A program made the translations under genes and the position numbers. Of a DNA stretch of 64,000 nt, positions 13,545 through 26,189 are shown piece after piece. Position 1 is the first letter of the stretch; each line of letters starts with the position of its first letter. Source of the stretch: Octopus sinensis (taxonomy: Eukaryota); NCBI RefSeq assembly GCF_006345805.1, contig NC_043003.1, positions 5,456,001 to 5,520,000 on the forward strand. Direction: 5' to 3'. The notes under the pieces are model-generated. The model was not told where the DNA came from, ran no database searches, and saw only the letters and a program-made list of their open reading frames with translations.

Positions 13545-13710
13545 TACAAAAATAGAAAATATACGAGGATGAGATAAAAACAAACATAGAAGGTGTATTA
13601 GGTTAACGAAAATTGGGAGGAAAAGTCGAAGAAGTCTTTAATGTTTCGAACCTATGCTCTTTTACGGAGATAGGAAAAAATAGGGAGAAAAAACAAACCT
13701 GCCTATATCA
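13545..13710 (-). mobile_element. Penelope-like repeat, degraded
   Basis: Same family as 19020 and 28697 (GAGCATAGGTTCGAAAC motif). Confidence 0.45.
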
Positions 13711-13747
13711 GACGGTCATCGCAATCTGTGTGTGTGTGTGTGTGTGT

Positions 13748-13939
13748 CTATATCTATTTTCTTACTTGTTTCAGTCATTGGACTCTGGGCCATGCCGTAG
13801 GATCTCCACGAAGGGGTCTGTTGCTGAGATGGACTCAACTTTCTGTAAGCCTGGAGATCGGTTTCTATGTCGAAGCGCTTGATTACTGGGATGCAAACAA
13901 ACATCGGCTGTCAAGCACTGAAGATACAAACACAGACAC

Positions 13940-13995
<56 letters not shown>

Positions 13996-14110
13996 CATAC
14001 ACGCATATACGTCAGGCTTCGACACAGTTTCCATCTACCAAATACATTCACAAGGCATTAGCCGGTTTCGGACTACAATACTAGAAGATGCCTAAGGCGC
14101 CCAATGTTCC
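13748..14110 (-). mobile_element. tRNA-derived SINE with internal (TG/TA) microsatellite
   Basis: Homologous to 14310-14745 (+), 27695-27845 (+) and 43880-44150 (-). Confidence 0.7.
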
Positions 14111-14309
14111 GCAACTTAGCAGTAGGTATATCGTGATCGACAAAATAAGATAAGTACAGGTTTTGATATAATCGCCGAGACGCTTCACCGTTTTGCCCCA
14201 GCATGGTCGCAATCCAATCACTAAAGTCAGGAAAAAGACTTAAGATAAAATAATTACAATTCCTCGTTACTTCCTACAGTGTATTATTCCTCAAACATGG
14301 TCGTAGGCC

Positions 14310-14745
14310 TTGCTGTAAGGAGAGCAGTTTGGTTTCCCGGCCACATGGTTCCAGGTTCAGTCCCTCCCCGTGGTACTTTGCCTTCAACTATAGCCCCGGG
14401 CCGTCCAAGATCATATGAGTGGATTTTATAAAGAGAAATTGAAAGAAGCCACAGGATGTATTTATGCATGTGCGTGTACGTGCGTCTGTGTGTGTGCGCG
14501 CGCATGTGTGTGTGTGTGTGTGAGCATGCGTTTGTGTGTGTGAATGTGTGTGCGTGTGCGCGCGAAAGTTTGATCCCTACCACCACGTGACAATTGTTGG
14601 TTGCTCTGTTTACGATCCCATAAACACTCATATTTTCGACCACATCTAAAATATAAGTACTGAAGTCGATTCGTTAGACGAAAATTCTTCAGGTTGGTGC
14701 CCCAGTATGGCCGAAGTGTAATGAGTGAAATAAATAAAAGATAAA
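14310..14745 (+). mobile_element. tRNA-derived SINE with internal microsatellite
   Basis: B-box-like GGTTCAGTCCC, GTGGATTT...GAAAGAAGCC body, tail CCCCAGTATGGCCG...AATAAAAGATAAAA. Confidence 0.7.
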
Positions 14746-14855
14746 ACAAAGATAAAAACATAAAAAGATGTCATTTCACTAATGACCTTTTTTTTTCAGA
14801 TGTGCCACGGTTTGGCTTCTACGGTTATTAAACGGGTAATTAAACACGTATAAAG

Positions 14856-15185
14856 CAGTGGTCCTCATTCGGGGCCAGTGTGGCCCCTGAGGTCCAAGCG
14901 AAGTAAAATAGAAAATATGGGATCTTCAGTGAGGATCCATGAAAATAAACTTTGCTTCATTTAGGTTTCTTTCTCTAGCGTTTTACAGAGTTCATCATGT
15001 TTCCGGTTATAAAAACATTTACTTCCGGAGAATGCAATTCCAAACCGATGCAAGTGATTGGCTGAAAAAACAAAATAGAAATTTTGAAAACTAGTTTTTG
15101 AACAGCGAAAACTTTGGGTTGTTCATCAGAGAAAAACAGTCATCAAAGAGGTCCACAGGTAAAAATTGGTTGAGAGTATAAAGCA
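14856..15185. mobile_element. Possible hAT/Charlie-type MITE relic
   Basis: Starts CAGTGGTCCTCA and ends ...AATTGGTTGAGA, resembling CAGTGG...GGTTGAGAACCACTG termini; right end incomplete. Confidence 0.3.
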
Positions 15186-15559
15186 TCTTGAAGCTAGGAA
15201 ATACAGAAGACGCCATTGTATATGGTTGTACAGTGTATGAGAAATTGTCGGTTTTTGCAACGGTGGCTCACCCTAGCAGACATTCTGTGTAAGAATCCGT
15301 TTTGAAATTTGGTTACATCAAAAGGTGATATTTTGGTTGTTATTTATATTAAATTATCAAAGAATTTTCAGACAGACGTAATTGAGTGATTTATTAAAAA
15401 AAAAGTCAATAAAACAAAATAATCTAAACCACAGAAAAAACAACAACAATAAGAACAACGAAAAAAAAACCAATGCAAGAAAAACGTATTAAAAGAATAT
15501 TGAAAATCTTTCAAAAATCTAACGACAATATTTCCATCGGTGGTTGTATCAATAATAAA

Positions 15560-15594
<35 letters not shown>

Positions 15595-15921
15595 TAATGG
15601 TGATATTGATGATGATGATGATGATGATGATGATATTGATGATGATGATGATGACTACGACAAGGATGTTGCTAAGTTGGGAATGATGATGATGATGATG
15701 TTGACGATGATAAGAGGTGGGGGTGAAGCAAGCGGGGAAAAAGTAAAACTATTCTTTCAACAAGCTATTAGAAAAGCTCACGCACACGCACATACGTACA
15801 CACACACACACACACACACACACATGCACACACAAACACACATGATCTCTCTTCGTCTCTCACACACAGACATATATATTTTGTTACAGATATATGTATG
15901 TGTATATATATATATATATAT

Positions 15922-16368
15922 ACACGTGTTATATATGCATGTACATACATGTACAAATATACGTGGGTGTATATATGTATGTATATGCATACATATATAA
16001 TAAATATAGACACATACATATATTTGTACCTATATATTCACATATGCATAACAGTACATATACACAAACACATATACGTTTACATATATATTTTTGTTCA
16101 TACATATATATGTATATATGAGAGAGTGGGGGAGATAGTGCATATATACACACGTGTTATATATGCATGTACATACATGTACATATATACACACACGTAT
16201 ATATGTATGTATATGCATACATATATAATAAATATAGACTCATACATATATTTGTACCTATATATTCACATATGCATAAAAGTACATATACACAAACATA
16301 TACATTCACATATATATTTTATACATACATATATATGTATATATGAGAGAGAGAGTGAGGCGATAGTG

Positions 16369-16375
<7 letters not shown>
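15922..16375. repeat. Tandem duplication, unit about 228 bp
   Basis: ACACGTGTTATATATGCATGTAC at 15922 and 16150; the downstream blocks also repeat. Confidence 0.85.
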
Positions 16376-16411
<36 letters not shown>

Positions 16412-16949
16412 GTAGAGAAAGAGAGGAAGTAGGGTGAGGGAGAATGGTGGGGGGAAGTAGGTAGAGGTCGACATTGGTACCAGCTGCAAAACACCCTCCA
16501 CAAACATTAATCAACTCTATCTGCACATCGTTCCTGCATCAATGTAACACTTACTCTGCCCTCTCTCTCTCTCTGCACGTGTTCATTTGGGAATATTATC
16601 TCAAGTGCTCGCAGCACTGTTTGCGCATGACTGTATCCACTTACTTGACATTGTTTAAAAGAGCAGGTCGGAGGGGGGGATGGAGGTAATCGGTGGAGGA
16701 TGACTAACGTTGGTGAAGATCACGTGGTTATGGAACTGTAGCAAGAATCATATTGACAAAACGTCAGATAGCAACAATATTTAGGATAAATAATAACAAC
16801 AATAATAATTCTTTCTGATTTTGACGCAAGGCCAGCCATTTTCAAAGGAATGGATATGTCGATGACGTCGGCCCCAGTACTCAACTGGTACTCATTTTTC
16901 TACGCTCAGGTGATGAAAACCAAATCGACCTTGAACTTAGAAGACAAAC

Positions 16950-17210
16950 CCGGCCGATGGTGGTGATCCCTGCTGTACTCTTTCACCACAACTTTCTCTC
17001 ACTCTTACTTCCTGTTTCTGTTGTACCTGTATTTCAAAGGGCCGGCCTTGTCACTCTCTGTGTCACGCTGAATATCCCCGAGAACTACGTTATGGGTACA
17101 CGTGTCTGTGGAGTGCTCAGCCACTTACACGTTAATTTCATGAGCAGGCTGTTCCGTTGATTCGGATCAACCGGAACCCTCATCGTCGAAACCGACGGAG
17201 TGCTTCCATC
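16950..17210 (+). mobile_element. Headless SINE (family 2 body, tail c)
   Basis: Body CTGTACTCTTTCACCACAACTTTCTCTCACTC plus tail GTACCTGTATTTCAAAGGGCCGGCC...ACCGACGGAGTGC; a Meta-like SINE remnant precedes it at about 16810-16935 (-). Confidence 0.75.
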
Positions 17211-17289
17211 CAGTTGTAACTGATGTGACTCGCCAGTATGAGAATGCGTTCTGGACAGGGGTAAAGCATATGACACGTAAGAATCATTT

Positions 17290-17495
17290 TCAGCTACACG
17301 ACCCGCAGTAAATTCTAACTGGACCCAACTTGCAAAGTCATGCGCTGTTTATCTTGATATGTGATCACCATTTCCTGCATATATGGTTTTGATGCCTAAT
17401 GTACCATTACCACACACTAGTTATAATAGGTATATTGGGTTTCGTTTATTTGTACCCAAAGTGACTTTGATGGCATCTGCTGCTCTCTCACTCAA
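17290..17495 (+). mobile_element. (TAA)n-tailed interspersed repeat, 3' part
   Basis: Ends GTGACTTTGATGGCAT...CTCTCTCACTCAA; tail-to-tail with the copy at 17521. Confidence 0.65.
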
Positions 17496-17520
17496 TTCTT
17501 CTTCTTATTATTATTATTAT

Positions 17521-17942
17521 TGAGTAAGTGTGCAGCGCAGGCCATTATAGTGACACTTGGGTAAAAATACAGATAGCCCAATATACCCATCATGATTATC
17601 CGTACGATAAGGATACACCAGGTATATGCATCACAGCCATATGTGCTTGACATGATCTTTTATCAAGATAAATAGCACATGACCATGCAGGAGGGGATCA
17701 GTTTCAATTTTCTTCAGGTCGTGTAGCCTATCCCGCTCAAATAGTCCTTGAATAAGGGTTGTTTAAGGATGTTGAAAGAAACACCCATTTTTCCAGATGT
17801 GAATTATTCAAACTCCAAAGAATTCCGTTCGACATATGGCTATGATGCACCCCCACTACTTCTGCTCATGATCAGAGGAGCAAATATCGCAGGCCATCAA
17901 GGGACATACTCAACTGGTTAAGCAAATCTGTGGTATTTGCTA
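17521..17942 (-). mobile_element. (TAA)n-tailed interspersed repeat
   Basis: Homologous to 18107-18305, 25309-25760 and 30603-31053. Confidence 0.8.
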
Positions 17943-17948
17943 GAGCCC

Positions 17949-17992
<44 letters not shown>

Positions 17993-17995
<3 letters not shown>

Positions 17996-18060
17996 GTTTG
18001 ACTTTTGCTTTATATTTGTACGAGTTGGCTCCAGTCTCACCCGGAGACCTCAAGAGACAA
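17993..18060 (-). mobile_element. 68-bp 3'-end fragment inside an (ATT)n tract (probable R4/Dong-type LINE tail)
   Basis: Unique sequence flanked on both sides by (ATT)n; ...GAGGTCTCCGGGTGAGACTGG...AAAAGTCAAACAT-(AAT)n has the same end architecture as 551-830. Confidence 0.45.
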
Positions 18061-18072
18061 CAATTATTATTA

Positions 18073-18106
<34 letters not shown>

Positions 18107-18107
<1 letters not shown>

Positions 18108-18305
18108 GAGTGAGAGAGCAGTGCATGCCATGAAAGTGACACTGGGGTGAAATATAGGAAGCCTAGTATACCCATTATGACTACCCGTCTGATAAAGGTA
18201 CACTAGGCACATGCATCACAACCATATGTGCGCGACATGGTGATCTCATATCAAGATAAACAATGCATGACCTTGCAGGTGGGGCTCAGTTAGAATTTCC
18301 TCTGG
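18107..18305 (-). mobile_element. (TAA)n-tailed interspersed repeat, truncated
   Basis: TGAGTGAGAGAGCAGTGCATGCCAT start, as in the other copies. Confidence 0.8.
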
Positions 18306-18339
18306 TCGAGCAACCCATTCGCCTCACGATCATAACGTC

Positions 18340-18600
18340 TTGAGTTCATTACACGGCGACGCGTTGTGTCCTTGAGCAAGAAACTTTATTTCCCGTTGCT
18401 CCAGTCCAATCAGCTGGCAAAAATGAGTTGTACCTGTATTTCAAAGGGCCGGCCTTGTCACACTCTGTGTCACGCTGAATCTCACTGAGAACTACGTCTA
18501 TGGAATGCTCAGCCACTTGCTCGTTAATTTCACTAGCAGGCTGTTCCGTTTGTCGTATCAGCTGAGACCCTCGTCGTCGTAACCGACGGAGTGCTCCTAC
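18340..18600 (+). mobile_element. CORE-type SINE with tail c
   Basis: GCGTTGTGTCCTTGAGCAAGAAACTTTATTTC CORE-like block; same tail as 16950-17210. Confidence 0.75.
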
Positions 18601-19019
18601 TATATATATATATATATATATAAGGTTAATCCAAACGGGAAAACAGAAAAAAACAACAACACAAGGAGGTGGAACAATTAAAGTATTATTATTAGGCGCT
18701 CAGGAAAAAGGGAAGAGTGAGTAGATAGATGAAAGAAGAGGACTTGAGAAATTTATTGATTGTTACATGTATATAGATAGGTTTGATGCAGACCCCTTGG
18801 TAGAATGAGTTTCAAGAGTGTGGGTAGTCTTTGACCATTGGGGTCTGAATTAGACTATTTTTACCTATCTATCATCCTATACACACGCACACCCACACAC
18901 ATATATTTGTCATGTCGTTTATGTAGGTTACTAGCAATTCAGTGACAGCTTTAAAGTGTACTTAACAAAAATACATTCGCGATGCTGGTCCGCTGAAATC
19001 TACAGGTGGTTTTCATTCT

Positions 19020-19160
19020 CTCTTTATTTTCTCTTATTCCTTTCTGTTGAAGAGCGTAGGCTCGAAACGCTAAAGACTTTTTCATTTTTCCCGAGCGTCA
19101 AACTAATACACTTGTTCGTTGCTCATTCACATGTCTTCGTCTTTTGGTTTGCTATTAATT
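19020..19160 (+). mobile_element. Penelope-like repeat with a hammerhead-like motif (19040-19075)
   Basis: CTTT-CTGTTGA-A-GAGC-GTAG-GCTC-GAAA-CGCT-AAAG. Confidence 0.5.
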
Positions 19161-19251
19161 TTGTTGGTTTGCTACAAATTATATATATAGTTGAAATTTG
19201 CCTTTAGCACTTGAAATATGTGACAAACATATTATTTCAACTAACCTAAAT

Positions 19252-19292
<41 letters not shown>

Positions 19293-19942
19293 GTGTGTGT
19301 TCCTGTGTCTGTGAGTATATGTATATATACAAATATATATACACATAAATATATAGATAAATATATATGTACATTCACATATATATACATATATATATAT
19401 GTGTGTATGTGTGTATGTGTGTGTGTGTGTGTGTGCGTGTGTGTGCGTGTATGTGTGATCGTGTCCATGTAGATGTGTGTCTCGTCTCCCTGTATGTATG
19501 CACGTGTTTCTTCACTATTAATAATCTGCATGATAGCATAAACGGTGTCTCGAAGTGACTAGAGTTTCATTTTGTTGTTTTTTTTTGTCTGTTCTTTTTT
19601 TCTTCCCAGGTGTTAAGAGAAAATAGCATGCATTATTTGTCAAGTCGTTTTATGTAGGTTACTAGCAGTTTGATGACAGCTTTGAGGTGTACTTAACGAA
19701 AATACTTTCCAAACTTGATTGACTCGACCACTCACAAATTTTGCGTCACACAACCTCATTCCACTACTACTATTACTACTACTACTACTATTACTACTAC
19801 TGGTGATGATGATGATGATGATGCGACCGCATTCAAGTTTCACTTTCGTTTTCAGCGACTAACAATGTGTTTTCTCTTCAGCTTCCTTCGTTTTTAATTT
19901 TCATTTTTTCCTATCACACTTTCTCACTTTCTCTCTCTTTCG

Positions 19943-19977
<35 letters not shown>

Positions 19978-20258
19978 CCTTCATACTCTACTATCCTTCC
20001 TACCCTCTTCTTCATCCTCTCTCCTTTCTCACTTACTTTCCTTCTGTCTCTCTCCTCTCACTACATTCTACATGCAATTCTCTTTTCCCATTCTCTCTCT
20101 CTCCCCTCTCTCTGTCTTTATATTTCTATCCATCTATCTCTTCTCTCTCCCTTTCACTTACGATGGATTCTTTTTATTCACATGCTTTTTAATGTTTTTA
20201 TTTTCTTTTAGCTTCAGTGTTTTTCCTCGTAATTTCACTTTTTCGTGTTAGCTTTTAC

Positions 20259-20294
<36 letters not shown>

Positions 20295-20318
20295 GATTAT
20301 TATTGTTATTATAATCAC

Positions 20319-20366
<48 letters not shown>

Positions 20367-20399
20367 CATTGTTGTTATTATTATCACTATTATCATTAA

Positions 20400-20430
<31 letters not shown>

Positions 20431-20695
20431 GTTGTTGTTATTATTATCACTATTATCATTAACATTATTATTATTATTATTATTATTAACATTATTATTA
20501 TTATTATTATTACCATTATTATTATTACCATTATCACTATTATTATTGTTGTTGTTGTTGATGCTGCTGCTGCTGGTGTTATTGGTGCTCTTACTATGAT
20601 TATTACCATTATTATTTCCATTATTATTTGTCATATTGTTGTTCTTACTATCATTATTAGTATTTGCTATTATTTACATTACGTTGATATATGTT

Positions 20696-20734
<39 letters not shown>

Positions 20735-22224
20735 TGTCTGTGTGTCTGTGTGTGTGTATCAATGTCATATGATATATATTTATTTATTTATGTGTGTGTG
20801 TGTTTGTATATTTGTTATTTACTTTTTGTCAAAGTCTTCATTTGTTTCCGTGTTCATTCGAGTTAGCAAAACATTATTATTGTTTCCATCATCACAACAC
20901 ACACACACACACACACACTTATTGTTTTATTTATCTTTCTGTTTCTCTAATGCTTTCTTTCTTTCGTTTTCTAGTTTTCCTGTTGTCTTTTTCCTGCGTT
21001 TGTTTTTTTTTGCTTTTTGCTTTTTTTTGGGGGGGGGGGGGGTCTTTTGTTTTTGTTGTTTTTTTCTGCATTAAGTTTCGCCATGTTGATTAAACAGTTT
21101 GCACACAACGGTTGTGATTACGATTGTGGTTATTGTGGCTTTAAACTCGATGCTAAGCTTGCGTTATGGATTAGACAATTACGTCAAGAACCTAGTTACA
21201 ACACACACACACACTCACACACATGCACACACCCACATGCATACACACAAATACACCCACACACACACATAAAGAAACAAAATCAATAAAATATATATAT
21301 ATACACATATAGTATATGCATGTGTATACATATACATACCTACATATATACACATACACACACACACATATATATATATTCAAACAGACATATGTATACA
21401 TAGACACGCATGGGTATCTGTGCACGTACAAATACACACTTATACATGCATATATACAAAAGCAGAAATTTGTATTTACACACATACATATGCACTGAAA
21501 TACATACGTGCATATGCTTGTGTGCATGCATGTATGAATGTATGCATGTACGGAACAACGTGCAAAGTAAAGTCAAAAACAATTAGAGGATTTGTGCAAG
21601 AGATGGAGGAAAACAAAGTGTGTATATAGTATGTGTGTTGAGTTTCTTCCGGTAAATACTCGACTCACCTTACTTTCACTTCCAGTTCTAAACTCATTAA
21701 TGGAGCTGACGTCGGTAATTTAACGACATGTTACTGTGCAAAAGAAACTGAGGAAATGAAAAGCCCCACCGCCGTCGCCTTCAACACCGACATCATCATC
21801 ATCATCATCATCATCACCACCACCATCATTGTCATCATCATCGTCATCTTTAGCATTACCGTCATCATATCAGCATAGACGTCGTCGTCGTCTACGTTTT
21901 CGCTCTATGATTTTCGTCGATGTCATCAACATTAGCACATTTGTTAACGTCATCAGAATCATCTTCTTCTGACTCGGTACAATCAACTTCATCATCATAA
22001 TCGTCATCATCATCACCACCACCACCATCCTCATCATCATATTCATCCTCGAAGTCACATCAGCGTCGACGTTGAAAGTGATGCTGACACCAAGATTGTC
22101 ATTAACTCCTATCCGTATATAAATATTCTTTTATTTCATTTGTGTCATGTGACAGCGGCTATACTGGAGCGTATTCATGTATATGTGTATTATGTATATA
22201 TAAATATGTATGTATAGGAGTGTG

Positions 22225-22390
22225 ATAAGGATGGCCTTTTGAACTACAGGTACAATTCATTTTTGTCAGGTGAGGGAAATGAAGCAATGAGAAATAGTCT
22301 TGCCCATGAATATAACCCGTGGTTGGGAATCGAACTCATGACCTTACGATCTAAACCTGAATACCCTAACCACTAAGCTACGCACCTTCG
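22225..22390 (-). mobile_element. CORE-type SINE, degraded
   Basis: Reverse tRNA-like head (GGGAATCGAACTC...AACCACTAAGCTACGC) and tail-c remnant. Confidence 0.6.
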
Positions 22391-22429
22391 CTTTCGTGAG
22401 GTGCGTTCTATAAAATAATACTGGTATTC

Positions 22430-23110
22430 CGAAAGCAAGTCAAAACCAGCTGTGGAAAGCATGATGCTGGACGGAGTGGGGCCGTAGACCCGTGAAACGC
22501 ATTGTTTCTAAAAACTATTTCACTAAGGAACCAGAAATGAATGTAGCGCTAAAGAACTTCGGTGCCAACCCTGTGTCAACCGAAATTCTTCGCCGTCAGC
22601 TCCATATAGTTGTATACCATGGAAGGGTTGCAATTGCTAAACTTCTTCTGGCCCCCAACAACATTGAGAATCAGAAGGGTGTTGTGTACAATATTAAGAG
22701 TGGTTAACGGCTCAATGGAACAATATCATCTTCCCTCTTGAAAGATTAATCACCTTTTTCTCTACTTCAGAGTGAGTTTCTGTCTGGATACAGCCCAAAG
22801 AAGATTTCCACTCCGGTTGTTTGGTCCGCACCATGAAATATGGAGGCGAATCTGGGATTATTCCAACAGCAATATCACAGAATTCAACCCTAAGGTACCG
22901 ATATTACTTCTCGTGGGAATATACTCTTCCAGGACAATAATGCGTCGCTTCACACAGTTAATGTTATTCCAAATATATATGAAGATCAGAAAAGGGGAGT
23001 AGATCATATGATCTAGACCCTACAATCACAAAATCTCTGTATAATAGAGCAGTCAGGGTCCATCTTTGAGCACCAACTCAGAAACTGCTTCCCTCCGTCA
23101 TTCTTCCTAT
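22430..23110 (+). mobile_element. Tc1-like transposase relic
   Basis: KRIVSKN, PVSTEILRRQLH..YHGRVAIAK, VRTMKYGGES, LFQDNNASLHT and MI*TLQSQNLCIIE match Tc1 motifs (TVKHGGGS, FQDDNAP.H, WPPQSPDLN.IE); stops and frameshifts present. Confidence 0.8.
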
Positions 23111-23671
23111 AAAAGCTAAATCCTCTTTTTAATTACAGAACAGATAGACAGACAGACAGGCAGACACACAGACAGACAGCCAGACTGCGACAGAGAGATA
23201 GGTCGATAGATAGCAACGATATGATATTGCAGATGTTGATAATTATATGAACGCCCCGGTATGTTTTGAATATTACTTTGTCCGGTTTGTGTACACAAAC
23301 ACTGCTCTATATTGGTGTATGTGTCTGTGTGCATTTATGCTTCTGGGCTTTGTGTATGTGTGTGTTTGTCTGCTATTATGTGCATATTTGGCATTGTGCT
23401 TTTATTGTATATACTTGTGTTTGCCTGCATATGTGATTTCTCTGTGTGCATATGTACGTAAGTACCACTGTATGTTTGTGTATATGTCTGCATATGTGTT
23501 GTGTGTGTGCCTGCATATATTATATATATGCATGTATGTATGTTCCAGTATATATATATATGTTTGTGTGTGTGTATGTAAATATGTATATGACTACATG
23601 GGTATACGGTGCGTATATTTACAAACGCCATACATATACGGACACAGATGGAGACACACATACCCCCCTCC

Positions 23672-23723
<52 letters not shown>

Positions 23724-24649
23724 TGTGTATACCTGTATGCGTATATTATTATATATATATATAATATATATATATATATATGCGTGTATACTGTATGCGT
23801 ATGTGTGTATGATCGTGTGTACCTGTTATAATTACATGTCTCTATGTATGTATTCCTCCACTCGGACCGGATGATTTACCAAATATTAAAAACACTTGGT
23901 GATATCACCGATAACTTCATATTATATCTCTCAACCGCACATTGGCCTATTAACTTTTTATTTATTTATATTTTCCTATCTTAATATCCCATGATTCATC
24001 GCTCTCACCACACAGATCATCAAAAAAAATTACAGAAAAATTAATATTTTAATTAGAAAACGCACCTCACCCTATATTGTTTTCTTTATTCTGTTTTCTT
24101 TTTTTTATATTCTCTTTGTTGTTTGTCATAGTTTTTTTTTGTTTCTGTCTTCAGTTCTTGTTGTTGCTGCTGTTGTTTTTAGCGTTGCTAATAGTGTTGT
24201 TGCTGTTTTTATGTCGATCTAAATAATGATTTTGTCTATATTTTTTGTCTTTTTCGTCCATTTTTCATCTTTGAATTCCTTTTCTTCTTAAAATTTTAAT
24301 TTTTTTTTTTTCAGATTCAGCGAGAAATTATGTTATATAAAGACCGAAGAATATTACAAAAAAAGAAACCAGAACGAAGCCATAGATTCTAAGAATCTCA
24401 ATAAACTACTTAGAGCTGGACTAATTGAAGAATAAAAATCTTAACTGGAATATATTCGACATTAACCAAATCGCGCTACCATTCTTTATCGACCATTTAA
24501 CACATGTCACAAAGTGCCACTTGAGTTTTCTTGTTTTCTCTGAGTTTTCTAGAAATATCGGTTATTATTATTTTGTAATATATTAAAAATTCCATTATTT
24601 CTTCTAAATACATAAACCTCCTTCATACATTCAACGAAATATTTTATCA

Positions 24650-25070
24650 TTATTCTTTTTTATCTCAGGTTTTGTTATAACTTCTGGAGTCTTGCTTGTG
24701 TAGCGGGCTTCCTGCCTGCAGCCTACGGTGCAATCAGTTCTTCTCAACTCCCTAATTTTTTCATAACTATTCTGGCCGTGCCAAGGAGGCAAACCTTACG
24801 TAACAATTCTACTGGGCACTCTATTCCAATTTTATTTATATTCCTCTTGGTGCTCTCTGATACTGTCCCCAACGACCCAACAATAGTTGGCACTATCTTC
24901 ACCTTCTTCATTTTCTATAGCTGGGTTATCTCGTACATCAGAGCGTTGTATCTATATATTTTTTCGCCTTCCTTTTTGATTATTCGTGGGTCAACGGAGC
25001 ATGCAACATCAATTATGTAGCACATGTGATACACTTTGTCCACCACCGCTAAATCCAGGTTGTTATGATC
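24650..25070 (-). mobile_element. R4/Dong-type LINE 3' end including the restriction-like endonuclease domain
   Basis: HNNLDLAVVDKVYHMCYIIDVACSVDPRIIKKEGEKIYRY (PD..D..K-type), then KVKIVPTIVGSLGTV...LRKVCLLGTARI; 5' end abuts (TAA)n. Confidence 0.85.
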
Positions 25071-25089
25071 TATTATTATTATTATTATT

Positions 25090-25295
25090 ATGGCAGAATC
25101 GTTAGCACACCGGGCGAAATGCTTAGCGGTATTTCGTCTGCCATTACGTTCTGAGTTCAAATTCCGCCGAGGTCGACTTTGCCTTTCATCCTTTCGGGGT
25201 CGATTAAATAAGTACCTGTTACGCACTGGGGCCGATATAATCAACTTGCTTCCTCCCCCAAAATTCGGGCCTTGTGCCTAGAGTAGAAAATATTA
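25090..25295 (+). mobile_element. Meta-like SINE, tail B
   Basis: GGCAGAATCGTTAGCAC...GAGTTCAAATTCCGCCGAGGTCGACTTTGCCTTTCATCC; tail ...GGCCTTGTGCCTAGAGTAGAAAA-(ATT)n. Confidence 0.9.
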
Positions 25296-25308
25296 TTATT
25301 ACTATTAT

Positions 25309-25760
25309 TGAGTAAGAGAGCAGTGCATGCCATCAAATTGACACTGGGATAAAACATGCGAAGCCTAGTGTACCCATCAGAACTACCCGTCTGATAAGGG
25401 TACACCAGGCACATGCATCACAACCATATGTGCGCAACATAGTGATTCCATATCAAGATAAACAGTGCATGACCTTGCAGGTGGGGCCCAGTTAGAATTT
25501 TCTTCAGGTCGAGTAGTCATCCCACTCAAGGGGTCCCTGACTAAGGTTTGTTTTAAGGATGAACAAAACACCCATGTTTCAAGAGGTAAATTATTCAAAC
25601 CCCAAAATATTGCTATGAACACTTGATTTTGATCCACCCCCACTACTTCTGCACTTGTTCAAAGAAACACATATCGTCAGCCACTAAAGGACATGCTCAA
25701 CTGGCTACGGTCAAACAATTGACAAGCAAATCTGTGGTATTAAGCAGAATATTTGCTGTG
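25309..25760 (-). mobile_element. (TAA)n-tailed interspersed repeat
   Basis: Homologous to 17521-17942. Confidence 0.8.
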
Positions 25761-26068
25761 TATATATATATGTGTGTGTATATATATATATTATACAGAC
25801 GGAGAGTGAACATGCTACTATCATGTTCCTAAGAATGAAATCAACCTCTCTCTATATATACCTACCCTCTTTATAATGTTGGCAAATGAAATAAGGATGA
25901 GATGGTGCATTGTCCGTTCAATTGGAAAATTCTATATGTGGCTGAAGATTGCTCGACATTTTAAAACTGATGTAATACTTACAGTGTTTAATAAAATGAA
26001 GTTGCATGAAACAATTGTACTTTGGATATCCTTGTAGCTTATTTTGATACATACATATATATATACAT

Positions 26069-26189
26069 AATATCGTGTACATTAAAACACATTATGAGGC
26101 TTCCTTCATAGGAAAGCCTTGCGCTAGAAAGAACAGTTAAAGTTCCCTATCATGGAAGCCTCTTAATGTGTTTTAATATACACGATATT
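26069..26189. repeat. Fold-back hairpin/MITE with arms of about 50 bp
   Basis: AATATCGTGTACATTAAAACACATTATGAGGCTTCC pairs with GGAAGCCTCTTAATGTGTTTTAATATACACGATATT. Confidence 0.85.

Noticed and set aside
14800-14836. Plus-strand 36-nt exon-like segment (MCHGLASTVIKR)
   Set aside because: Isolated, no partner exons, next to a MITE relic.
25984-26031. Minus-strand segment before a gtaagt donor (YPKYNCFMQLHFIKH or DIQSTIVSCNFILLNT) as the missing cysteine exon
   Set aside because: No polypyrimidine tract, and the Cys-Phe frame is phase-incompatible with the flanking exons.
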